This document shows, one piece after another, positions 51,301 to 63,279 of a stretch of DNA of 64,000 bases (its first letter is position 1; each line of letters opens with the position of its first letter). Where the stretch lies: contig NW_019218050.1 in the NCBI RefSeq assembly GCF_002571385.2, positions 276,333 through 340,332 on the forward strand, written 5' to 3'. Made by a program: the position numbers and the translations under genes. Below the pieces are notes generated by a model. It saw only the letters and a program-made list of their open reading frames with translations. It had not been told where the DNA came from and did no database searches. Source of the DNA: Stylophora pistillata (taxonomy: Eukaryota).

Positions 51301-51359
51301 GGGATCCTGAGGATCGTCCAAGGATTGAGGATATCGTTAATATGTTGGGCATGGGCTGA
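42318..51359 (+). CDS. Kinase K4: CYLD-N-like domain, coiled coil, TKL kinase, pseudokinase; exons 42318-42617, 44059-44122, 44617-44778, 46345-46470, 46846-47804, 49417-50334, 51165-51359 (~907 aa)
   Basis: All junctions GT-AG and phase-consistent (0,1,1,1,0,0); total 2724 nt with no internal stop seen. Kinase 1: GEGAWG, VAVK, HRDLSSAN, DYG. Kinase 2: GKGSLG, VAVK, HRNVSSAN, KLTISIAT. Linking exon 1 to the kinase exons is inferred. Confidence 0.8.
44477..44555 (-). mobile_element. tRNA-derived SINE head
   Basis: Reverse complement of ccgcctcccggttagttcaattggctagagcg...gggttcgagccccgg; sits between two ~35-bp direct repeats (aggatctccttccccc...). Confidence 0.65.
45208..45306 (+). pseudogene. 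Degenerate duplicate of the K4 coiled-coil exon
   Basis: KLENEL..LQREQINSLSTKIEALERQLSEN with a 1-bp insertion; the downstream intron is homologous to 44800-44940. Confidence 0.6.
45580..46322. repeat. ~47-bp C-rich minisatellite, ~16 copies, intronic
   Basis: Unit TTATTGAACCTCTCCTCCCCCCATCCCCTCCCTACCGACAATCCCAG. Confidence 0.95.
47888..49042 (-). mobile_element. Non-autonomous AcademH-like transposon in a K4 intron
   Basis: TIR TAGTCTCCTTCGCAGC/GCTGCGAAGGAGACTA; flanks CTCACTTCG and CTCACTTCT (8/9). RecQ-like fragment 'YQKLAIQKFVVQKQDVLVNLPTNSEKSLIYQALP' at 48654-48839. Confidence 0.75.
50426..50876. mobile_element. MITE, possibly Harbinger-like, in the last K4 intron
   Basis: Imperfect TIR gcccc..tttatatggtctcgggtacc / ggtacctgagaccatgtaaatggggc with TGA on both flanks. 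Confidence 0.6.
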
Positions 51360-54251
51360 GCCCCACTTATTTCAGTAAGGTCAAACCACATTTATCTCAA
51401 GTCGGTTTTTCAGTACCAGGCGTAATCAAAGCCAGAGACACAACAAATTTAAAGGTATCTGCTTGCAGACAAATAATTTGTAGTTTAGCAAATTAATCAG
51501 ATACATTTTTGCCTCATGATACTCCTAATATCTTAAGCATCCTAATATCTTAAGCATCCGTTGGAAAAATAGGAACAGACATTTAAAGAAACTGACGTGC
51601 AAGTTTTCTCAGTGATTGAAAAGTTAGAACCCGTTCGACCCTAAATAACATTTATCTAATTTAGTCTCTTGATCACGTAATTGCAACCACCAAGGTTCAT
51701 AGGACCACATGGGTCGTTAGAAACGTGACAAATATCTACAATTCATCGTCATCCTTGCTTGTTAATATTGTGATGGAAACTCTCCAAGTTTTGCTAAGTC
51801 TGTATTTAAAACTCCCCTTTTCCATGCCGTTGAGCTAGAGGTTCCCTACTCGAGGATTTTTTTTCTCTTTTTCTGTAAAGTCTACACCTGTACTTTTTGG
51901 CAGCCTTGGCAATTTTTTACGGACTGCGAATTCAAAAGCCTCTGAAGCGCGATCTGGAACTTTGATAGAAATAAGATACAATGGAAGATAGAAGCCTGTA
52001 AGGTGTGTGAAGCGTTTTTCCTCCCTTAGTAGAGGGACCCATCTAAATGCCCAACAACAACAAGCGAGTCCTAGGACACCTTCCGTTACTACCATGGCCG
52101 GCCTTGTAATGGTGTTCATTCAAACTCAAAATAAAACGAAGCCAACAGAAATAGGTTAGATGAACGCCTTAATAAATTTGTCTCAACTGTCCACTATTAC
52201 CATGTACGTAGCCAGCAGCTGGTGTGACTCTCCTTGCTAAGAAAACATATTGGTTAGAGTAAGAGACAACACACTTATTCCTTTCCCATTCAAATTTGCA
52301 AGAAGATAATTCTCGGACGATCGTGATTGACGTCTCTCTCCCTCAGTATATTCCCTTTGCAATCAGAGCGCAAAAATGCTTATACCCTGGTCCTCAAATG
52401 TTTAGAAGTCTTTGCATGTTACTGAACTGACGTGAGCGGTATTTCCAAGACTTACGGTCTTTTTGACCTTATTAAATTAAACTACACGCTTTATCCATAT
52501 GTGAACTCGACGTGTTTCAGACAGCAATGCGAGACAAAAACAAAGACTTTTTTTTTTTTGTTGGTCACAAATCGAGATTATCCTAGAGAGAGGTCCGGAA
52601 CGGAAATCTGATTGTTTGGTTTTTTGATTAATCATATTTACGTGAGCCCTCGGTCTGTGAAATATGAGGAAGTTGCTGCTTGCCTTATTTTAGCACGGCT
52701 GATTATCAGGCACTCCATATTTAGATGAATAGTATTGAAACCTCTAATGTCGTCTCATTGTGCTGTAAATATGTCTGACTGTCTCGATCCTCCATCCACC
52801 AACCCCAAAAGCCTGATCATCTATCTGAAAACATGGACAAAGGCTTAACATAATTGCGAGATGTTTTGGATTAATGATTTTGTTTGATGAGCGTCACTAA
52901 GTGTTGTTTTGTTTATCATCCCTTATGATGTTGTCGCAATTTACGCTTTGTTACTCCTACAAATAATATAAGCACGAAATTAAACTTAGGGGATCTCATG
53001 TAAAAGTTGGAAGTAATCGCTGTGAGGTCCTTGATTTCTTGATAAAGTAAACTACTGATCATCTAAGTGACCGCACAAAAATAGAGGTGAGTGGATTTAA
53101 ACTGCGGATTAGATAGCAGGGCGACCATAAAATACAACCAGCTAAGACTATCAAACTATCGCACCTACGTCACAATATTTTGTGTCGTTTTCTCTGGCAG
53201 CGCTAGCTTTGGAAATATAGAACAGAAAAACACGAGGATAGTCGTGGAGGGAGAAAACTGACATGGATATATAGTGGATGACAAATTGACATTAATAGTC
53301 TGGTGGCCAAACCCGCTTTGGATATAGTGTCTTTCAGCTGCGACGTTTTGAACAAATATATCATGGGAAACTAGGGCGATTGACTGAGAAAAGAAAAAAA
53401 AGCATTTGCTGACTAAGGGCCGATGGTAACTTCATAAGCACCGAAAGTAGCAGCTCTTTTTCTTTTCTTTTTTCATGCGTAATCGTGCATTTGTCCCTTC
53501 AAGATAAAGGTGAACAGCACGAATAAATGACTGACTAGAGGACTAACTTTCTGACTTTGGAAACGATAATGAAAATCCCTTGTGGTATTTTTGTGTGTTT
53601 CTTTTTATTGAACGAGGTTTGGGTACGACAGTGAATGTTTCGAATGAATAGAATATTAACGATAATTACTCCGAGCCTTCTTAGACATCTCGTTATTCGA
53701 AATTATAATTATTGCCGGTTATTTAAACAAAGTTTCACCCGGTCGTTGTTTAACAAAGCCACGCTCTAAACTAACTTGAATTTAGCAGAATCATTTATCC
53801 GAACGTTAATTTTCGTGAACATTGTCAAGCGAACCGATAGCAGCGGAAGGACATTTAGTTAATAAAAACAAACCTTTTATAGACAATATGTAGGCCCATT
53901 ACTTGCATAAAACCGCAGTTTGGCTGACACTTCGTTTAAATGACCGGCCCTAAGAGTTTCTAGAACGAAACTACGCCTGAGGGAAAACTGGGGTTAAAAA
54001 TAACTCAAAACTAAAAGCCATCGAGAGTATTGATTCAAAGATTCGATCGAAAGTAGACATGTGAATGGAAAAATTGATAAAACGAAGGACGCTGAATCCT
54101 GGTTAGTAAGAAGCAAAAGCTGAAGACGTTGAGTGCAAAAACTGGAAATAGTTTAGTCACGATGGCGTCATTGAGACTGTCGGCAATGTGAGAATAAAAT
54201 CAAGTCCTCACTGACAGTCACATCAAAAGCCCCTAAAACCGCAATAACCAC

Positions 54252-56856
54252 TAATAGGAGGCGAGATACGAACAATGTAAATGCCTGTATTTTTGCTTCA
54301 ATGACAGCGTTTTAAAGCTTACAACTATAAATATACAGCTTAAATTCAAAACGAGGCCCCCCTGCCATATCTGCCTGCACCCCTTAGAAACCTCGCCTTG
54401 TTGTGGAACGTGACAACTGGTAACAATCTGTATAGAAATTAGAACATCAAAATTGAAAAAAATGAATAAATGGGGAGTGGCGGAAGGGAGGTACATTGCT
54501 ATATCTCGCCTCCAGTATTATTCGTACAATTATAATTATACTTCAGATTGCAAGCAGCCTTTGCAAAATCTCCAATTGTACATCATAATACTCGTCTGGA
54601 TATAACAATGTATGTTCAAAGCTTCAAGACCTCGGTTCAACTGCAGCACTAGCTAAAAGAGAGCGGCCGACACTAACATTCCAAACAGGACGATAATAAA
54701 ACTTGAAAGTGGACTCATTTGTCCAATCAGCTAGACGAACTATTTCTGGAATAGAGAAGCCTGCTCTCGGCGCTGCAGAAGTAGCTGCTCCACGAGTGGA
54801 GTGAGCCCTGAATACTTTGTTATCAATTCCAGCTTCCAACAGACAGTTCTTAACCCACTGAGACAGGGTAGCAGAATTCACAGGCTAATGAGGGTTATTC
54901 ACAGAGAGGAATAACCTGTTTGGAGCAGCCACTGATTCTGGCCTAAAAGCCTGTGTTCGCCTTTCATATTCTTTAAGACACGAGCATGGGCACAGCAACT
55001 CATTTTCTGGGAAACTAGAGCGAAAGGAGGTCTTCAAGGGTTTTACAACCCGAAACCCTTTAGTGAGTACTGGGAGATTAAAAGAAACACCTTCTGGATG
55101 AAATCGTCTAAAACGTAAATCATGGGCAATTAGTTCAGAGCCCAAATAACTCGTAACTATGTTAACAACCCATGTAGACGTGTATCTGGGTACCGGTGGA
55201 CGGGAATTGAAAATCCCTTTTAGGAGCTGAACTACAAGGGGATGTTGCCCAACATCGTAACCTTCAATTTGTGAGTGTGTCGCAGACAAAGCTGAACGAT
55301 ACACGTTTAGTGTACGATACTCCAGGCCTGCCTCAAAGTGACTGGCTAGGAAGTTTAACACTGAACCAAAAGATGCTGAAAGGGGATTGAGTTGTTGTTC
55401 ACGACACCAACAAGTCCACTTTTTCCAGGCTGAAGAATAAGTTTTTTCTGTCCTGGTTCTCCATGCAGCCTGGAGCAGTCTTTGAGCTGGTAGTGAAACT
55501 GTTGTACCTTCATATCGACTCCTGAGACTAGCCATGCGGCTAGTTGAAGGTGGGCAAGAGGGTGAAACTTGTTCTCTTGTCTCAGTAGCCCTGGGAACGA
55601 TGGGAGAAATAGGGGATTGTCTATTGTTAATTCTAACAACAAGGGGTACCATGGTTGGGTTTCCCACACTGAAGTCACAATTGTCAACTGAAAGACTGAC
55701 TGACACAGAACTTGCTTTAGTCACCGCACTATTAGGGCAAATGGAGGGAATGCGTATCCCTTGAGCTGGCTCCAATCCAGATTAAAGGCATCCACTCCCT
55801 CTGCCTCTGGATCTGGCTTCCAACTCACACACCTGGGTAGTTGTGTTCTCAGTCTGCTTGCAAAAAAGATCTATTGTGAAGGGGCCCCATTTGTCTTTGA
55901 TCCCTTGTGGATCGAAATCGGCCACAAAGTTTAGCCGCCCCGGAAAGTGGTGAGCTTCGACTGTGATAGACCGATTTAGACACCATTGCCAAAGGTCGAA
56001 GGCTAGGCTTGACAAAATCAGTGATGTGGGCCCACCCATATTTTTTATATAGCTGTATTGTCCATCATTAACTTTACATGGATGTTGCACTTGTTTTTTA
56101 GGAATGACTTAAGGGCAAAACCGCCCGCTAGAAGTTCTAAACAATTTATTTGTAAGAGCCTTTCTGACTGAGACCAAAGCCCTCTGGTCTGAAAGTTTCC
56201 ACAACGTGCTCCCCATCCCATCGATGAAGCATCTGTTTCGATTGTCAAGTGAGGAGGGGTTCGTAAAATTGCTCTCCCGTTCCAAGCAGAAAGGTGTTCT
56301 CTCCACCATTTTAGTTCTTCGAGGGCTTCCTCTGTCCAACACACTGGGGACTCGTAGCCCCCATGAAGGGTTAGACTGTGCTTTTTGACTGCTCGGATGT
56401 GACGATAATGAAGGGGTGCTGGGAACACCACTTGGATCGAAGCACTTAGTTTCCTCAAAAGCCGAGCTAGCTCTGTTATCGTGATGTCTCGGTTTTCCAG
56501 AACTTTCTGGCATTCTCTTCTGATACTCTTTACTTTGTCTAAGGGAAGGCTGATATTTAGTGTAACTGAATTTATGCGGAACCTAGAAACTCTATTGACT
56601 GTGTAGGATTTAGCTGGGATTTTTTGTAATTGACCACAAACCCTAATATCTCTAAAAGGGTGACTGTCAATGTGGTATGATATGTTAGAGTTTCTTCGGT
56701 GGAGGCCATCAGTAAAAAATCGTCTAAATAAATGATCAGACGAATTCCTTACTTTCTTAACAGGCCTATCACGGGTTTCAAAAACTTGATAAAGACTCTG
56801 GGGGCACTTTCTATTCCAAATGGGAGGCATGCAAACTCCCACTGAGTACCATTCTT
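54252..56856 (-). mobile_element. Degenerate 5'-truncated DIRS-type tyrosine-recombinase retrotransposon
   Basis: Frameshifted RT (CLPFG..SAPRVF; YLDD), RNase H (IETDASSMGWGA..INCLEL), 'GPFTIDLF' MT-like segment, recombinase ('YRTLNVYRSALS', 'RAHSTRGAATS'), and complementary repeats at the 3' end. Confidence 0.9.
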
Positions 56857-57000
56857 ATTTTATTTAATCGCTTTCACCATACTTACAATGCTAAAAGGAC
56901 TAAAATATACAAATGAACAAGACACAGAAGAGAACCAAAGAAACCGGAGGAATTTTTGGCGACCTTTCCAAATTGGAACTGAGAAGAGTTCATAAGCGAG

Positions 57001-57541
57001 ATGGGTCAGACACAAACAAAAGAGACGAATCCACGAGATGAATTAAGCAGTGGAGAGGAGACAATCACCGAACTTAGAAATCAACTCTCATCCTTGAGAG
57101 AAGATGTCAGTTTTCCTGATTGCTCTTTCCCCTTTCCACTCTTTTTGTATAAATGTTTTATTCGCTCTTAATGAAAGTTGTGTTCCACCACCGGGATGTT
57201 TTTGGTTTTTTTCTCCCAACAAACTTTAACTGGAGTGCGCCATCTTCAAACTACGCTGACATGCCTGTAAAATATCAAAAACCTACGCTAAGAAAAAGAA
57301 CAGAAACGGATGAAGTTACTTTTGGATTAATTTTTTTCAGATTGATTTCTTTAGCTTTGGTGTTCTTCTCTGCGAAGTGTGCATCAGGGAAATGCCAAAT
57401 CCTATTCGGTGTGTTCTTTAAGTAGACTCGATGAGGAGCATCAGAACTAGACAACTTGCACGAGGCTGCGTGAGGCAAGAAGCCCGTGAGAGACCAAATA
57501 TGGAGGAGATAATAAATGAGCATTTGAACCAAACTAGTTAA
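57001..57541 (+). pseudogene. Relic of a K3-type kinase gene lacking the main kinase region
   Basis: MGQTQTKETNPRDELSSGEETITELRNQL at 57001. Last exon from 57341 reads IDFFSFGVLLCEVCIREMPNPIRCVL*VDS...ERPNMEEII with an internal stop. Confidence 0.75.
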
Positions 57542-59940
57542 AGTAGTGGAACGTTATATCCTTACAGTCAGGCCTTACTTACGGTTGACTCGCTGGCCAC
57601 AGTAAGTTGTTAATCAGTCTCGTTTCACTGATAGTTACTTTCAAACGAAGGCAAGCGCGCGTTTAGATGCACTAATATTGAACATCTAAGTAGCATACAT
57701 TCACATATCTTCAACAGGTGCTTTTATCGTTTTTCTTCGCTTTCGTAAAGATCGATAACCGATGGAAAATGTGGTCTATTGCTTAGTTATCAGTGCGATT
57801 TATTTTACACGATTTTTAACAATTATACGAAAAGTTAGTTCAGGATAGCGGAATCGCAAAATCACAGCTTAGGTTACCAGCAGTAAGTAAGGTTTATTAA
57901 GATCATGATTAAAACCGGTTCTTCTTCACTAAACCTGAGAGGTTCAAGTCAAGGTCGCTGCATAGCCTTTCAGTAATTGCAAGGGTTTTACGAGTCACTG
58001 ACCATAAATATCAAGAATCCGCCGACAGTGGCAAGATTTCGTCATTCATTTTAATTTTCCTACAGGACCCATTTGGTGAACCTTTTGTTTGTTCTTTTGT
58101 TTGTTCTTGCGGCGTTAACGTCTCCTTCTCAACCGTTTTTCGGAGGTGTCATGAAACGACGCCCCCGGTCCTGAACAAAATCGTTATGTTTTGATCGTCC
58201 CCGATAAAAGCTGGTTGGAAAGGAGACTACGCTTCAAAACAAGCAGATTGCTCTTTGGTTATACGAGTGGCATATAGATGGTTGTGGTTTTTGAAATGCC
58301 ACTTTTGTTACTTCGATCGCTTAAAAAATAGCAACACACAATGTTGGAAAGGAACAATGTTCAAACGAAATAAATCGTGGCGATCAGCAAAGCAAAGGCG
58401 ATGAAAGAATATAAGTAAAGTTTATTCCTCGTTTCCTATAATATTCCTGTTGAGTGTAATATGTTTGCTACCCTTATTCAAGCATTTTCATTAAGTATCT
58501 GTGAATGTTTACTTATAAGCAAAAATGTATTCGAGTTTTCGTTTGAGATTTTTTGTGCCATGTCATATGTACAAACCATATTTGTTACGAGCGGCTGTTA
58601 CATAACGATAAGTATTACTACAGTATGATTGTAGAAAAGTGTTGTTAGCTTTGTACATGTATATTTATTATAAATAGTCAGTCAAAGTAGAATAAAAGGG
58701 ATAGTTCTGAATGTTCGCTTATGCTTTGCGTTGACACGAAGCTCAGGATAGGGATTTCGTACATTTAATGAGGACAGACGTGGTCATTTCAATTTGAATT
58801 AAACTTCTTAAAGGAACATTACTGTCACGGAAAATGGATCACGCGTTTCATTTCATTTTCCTTTGACGAAAGTACAATTTCTAGATCAAAGCTGAGTTCT
58901 AGTGACACATACGTTACTTGAGTACTTGAGACATAGGTTTTAATCCAACTTGAAACAAAAACGGGCCAAATAGAATTACTCATCTCAACACTTATTAGAT
59001 GCAAAAAGGAACGAACGACTGTGCCAGTTAATTTTCTACAGGAAATTTAGTGATGGTAATCAGCGTGACTTAAGGGTCTTGTTTTGTAAACCAGTCGACA
59101 AGGATTTATTATGCGATTTGCAAATTTGACAGCGCTGGCTGTCTGCTGATAATTTCTCTTTCCTCCCAAACAATATAGCTCAAAGTAAGGTTTCATTCTG
59201 AAATAACAAAACCTTAATCCTTGATTATCAAGAGAAGATTACTTCATCCTCTCTGAATGACCGATTAACTTCTCGATTCTGAATAGTGACTGACCGTTTA
59301 AAAGAAAGTTATGTCTCAGTAACAAAGTTATCTTTATTCTTTTCTTAATCTTTTCCAGTGCTATCCATTTCATTGAATCTGTGAATATTAGCCCGCTTGT
59401 ACACAAATTAAAGCAGAACAGGAACATACGCCACTTCACACGAGATCTACATATATTCAAGCCGGGGCCAAGATGAAGAGAGTTGTTCTCGAATACGCAA
59501 AACAAATGAGTCCAATTCTTTTCGATACAACAAACATTAAAACTAGCCCAAGGAGTTTTTTTAACCTTAGTTTTCTGGTGAACGTAGCTCTCATGGGAAA
59601 AGAATCTTTTGCTCTTCTAAACTAATTATATGACTTGTATAAAACAAAAACAAAAAAAATAAACAAAGTCTTTTGTAAAGCGTAGTAAAAAGATGCTGCA
59701 GAAAAAATCAAGAGATGGAACCACGCATGTAAAGTCTTAGAATGTTGTAGTTTTAGTATTCGAAACGGATTCGAGTCTGTTTTCATGTTGACTCAGGGTT
59801 CTGACATTTGTGAGACCCGCCCCTCCCCCTTCGGAAATAGAGTGTAATTCAAAGGGGCCTGATAGATAATCACTTGTTTTCCGTTTGAAAATTAAGTGGA
59901 CCACATTCGCTCCGTTTGCAACGTTCCTGACAATTTGAGC

Positions 59941-62430
59941 ATGAAAGTATGCTTATTATATTACTCATACTGAAGATAGTGAAATGCGCCCTCCTCAAGG
60001 TAAATGTTTACTTGGCCAGGCAAATTAAACATTACAAGAAGTAAACATTAGAAAAAGGAACGATACTCGAAAGTGAGCAAACCAAGTAGACCAGATTCTT
60101 TGTGGCTGATCGAAAAGAAGTATGAGGGAATCGACAGAAAGTTAGAATCTCTTTGATTTGTAGAGGTTGAACTGCTGGGAACGATTATGGGTTTTCAACC
60201 GACAGCGACGCTCTAGAGGACAGACAGAAACGGTGAGTGATTTTTACCGGTTAAATCAGTTCGTGGTTCAGTGCCAATCGCTGTCCATCAGCGCGGACTA
60301 CAGAGTTCGAAGCAATTAGCTTCTTTGAATTATGTTGCTTGGTTTTAATGACTTAGAACTAAGCAGCAGTTGAAAGTTTCTCCATGAATTTGTTTTTCTG
60401 TCGGTAGAATTGATACGTGACGACTCGAGTGTCAAACCAGGAAGTAGAATTAAGAAGAGCCAGCCCCATCATTAAGACCAATGACCCCGGCCCCAACCAA
60501 AATTTATACTTCTGATCACGCTTCATCAAGAGAAGAAGTAACAAATAGGAAACGTTTCTTCAATTAACAAATCTGATAGAAAGATGAAACAGTAATTATC
60601 TGCCATTTACCGAAAATAAGCGACAGAAAAGCGTAAACGAATGCAACACATGATTGTCAGCAGGCATAAAAGTTAAAGCTCAAGGATTCTGGTTAAATGA
60701 AAATAACAAGATGCCTCCGGCATCACAAAACGTACATTTCGATATATTTATCGCTTGGAACCAAGTAACGTCCAAGTTGTGATCCCTGTCGTAAAGTTTC
60801 TACGACAGGGATTGGATATTGTGAGACTGGTTTTATTTCAGTTGAGTCGATTGTGCATTTTTCTCATGCGTGTTTACCCGAGAGCACTTAGTCGTAGCCC
60901 GTTTAATGACTTGATTTTTATTTCAATAAGGCGATAACCTGTAACTGGCAATATCTTGCAGATCATCTGACGGATTAAAATGAATTTATCTTCAATTAGC
61001 GGTCTCCCTTATTGACCTCAGTTTTCTTATAGACTAGATGTGTAAAATTCTTTCGAGAAGTCATTTAGAATTGCCTTCAAAGGTGGATTCAATAATCGTA
61101 GCTTACCGGACATTTGGGCGTGATTAAACGAAAATTATTTTCTCTTGTATTTAAGTTTTGTACTTAAAGCGGTCTACTTTTAGTAAATAAAAACATTCAA
61201 GTAAAAACATTTTAGTAAATAAAACATTCATTTTAAAAATTTCAGGAAGCTACACTTAAGAGGATGGAGGAAGGGAAGATGTAATCTGCTTTGCGACCGG
61301 CATGAGGAACAAAGAAAAACATCTGAGTTCCCATTTGGCATACAAGCCCAGACCTTCGGATTTTGCGCCCTAATACTTTGAATTCCTAGCGAGGGAACTC
61401 TTCTTTACTACATGCTCGAAGAACGAGTCTAAAATCTGCCATGTTTCTTATTTTTACACTAAGAGGGCTTGTTAAAATAGTTGTTGGGAAAACCAGCGAC
61501 ATCCGTTCATCCGCTTAAAACTAAACAGCTCCTGTACTTTACGAAAACATCTGCCATCCCTCTCCAGCATATTGATTAATATTATTGGCGAGTAATGCCT
61601 TTGGATTAAGCCTGACACCACACGACACAATGATAGCTCTACAGATTAATCTAAACCTAATAATAAAATACAATAACCTTGTTATCGGAGAAAACAAGAC
61701 GTCGGTATATGTTTGCTTTAAGGGAAGTGATCGGAGGAACGCTCACGTATAGGCTAAGCTTTTGGGACCAAGAACACCTTCTACAGTAGGTATGTACGAG
61801 CAGCTATCAAAGACATATGTTCAATTAGATACTATGTGCATGATTAAATGGAATAACAGAACTCTCTCTGACTCTTTCCGGAAAGAGCTGCAATTTGATA
61901 TTCCATCTTAAGCCTGTCTACACATCGTTCGGTGTTAGATATATACTGAAACGATTACAACCTACAGGGTCAGAGAAACTGGTGGATGTTTACCTCCACT
62001 TTATATAATTAGTGAATTATTTTATCACATCTAAACTTTTCAGTATGCTTTTAAATTTGAACATGGTCCTTTGAAAGGACCTCTCCTCCCTCCCCCCTCC
62101 CTCCTCCCCCCTCATCATGGAATAATCCCATTCACAGTATTATAGTCTCAGACGCCGACGGGAGGAGAATACTCCGAAGTAGACGGTCAGAAGTTAGGTC
62201 TACCAGACAAGAAAGAAACTCTTTGAAACTCTTAACGGTGGCCAATTTACATCATCATCCCCCCCCCCACACACACACAAACACACACCGACGTAGCATT
62301 ACAGTTTCTTTAGAAACTTACTTCCTTTATTTACTGGTCAAAACGTAGCTAAAAATAACAGAGAACAAATCAACACCATAACAGCAGAGACGGAAGAACT
62401 TAAGGAGCATAAAAACATATTTTTTGGTAG
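59941..62430 (+). pseudogene. Truncated K4-like pseudogene: decayed CYLD-N-like exon (59941-60232), ~64-nt exon (~61723-61790), coiled-coil exon pieces (62151-62430)
   Basis: Clear nucleotide homology to K4 exons 1-3 and to 62956-63279, with indels and stops; no kinase exons follow. Confidence 0.75.
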
Positions 62431-62955
62431 GTTTTCAAATGATTTAAGATTTCTAGAAAGTTCAGTAGAACGGTACGTGACATGAAGAAGGAAGTAGAAT
62501 GAAAAGAAAACATTCATTTGACTAAGCAACTTATGTATTGAAAGAGGAAGTGAGTTAACATTGTAAAGTTTACATAAGGAAGCAAAACTTCTTAATGACA
62601 GATTAACAATAACAAAAATACGAATAGATTTATTGCAGTCTACGGACGTCCCAATAGTAAAGTGGTTGTGAAATTGTAACGTGATCTGTATCTAAAAAAA
62701 AATCCTACGCATGTAGAATGTTGCGGTTTGAGTAATAATCTTCGAAACGTATCCGGGTAATGTTGACTTAGGGTTCTGACATTTCTGAGACCCGCCACAC
62801 GCCTACCCATATACTATTTAGCCCCTTCCCCCTCCGGAAATAGAGTGTCATCCAACGGTGCCTGTTTTGCGTTTCTGATAGATATCGGTTGTATACCGTA
62901 TGAAAATTAGGTGGACCACATTCGCTCCGTTTGCGACGTTACTACCAATTTCAGC

Positions 62956-63279
62956 ATGAAAGTGTATTATATTCTTATACGGAATATAGAGAAATGCGCT
63001 CTCTTCCAGGGAGATGTTTACTTAGCCTCTAAAAGGTTGCAAGGCAAAGAATTAGAAAAAGGAACGATACTGAAAAGCGAGCAAACCAACCAGACCAGAT
63101 TCTTTGTGGCTGATCGAAAAGAAATATTTTTTGATAGGAACTGCGTTGAGGAAATCGACGGAAAGTTAGAACTTCTTACATATGCGGAGGCTGAACAGCT
63201 TTTGGAGATTATTTCTCTAGAGGAACGACTGCGGGTATTCGACGCCGGACAGCGACGCTCCGGAGGACAGACAGAAGCG
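62956..63279 (+). CDS. First exon (CYLD-N-like) of another K4 paralog; gene presumably continues past the right edge
   Basis: Open 108-codon exon, well over half identical by eye to K4 exon 1, with a phase-0 donor GTAAGT at 63280. Confidence 0.75.

Noticed and set aside
49417-51359. Naming the pseudokinase MLKL or the kinases RIPK
   Set aside because: No four-helix bundle, RHIM or death domain recognised; the resemblance is only an analogy.
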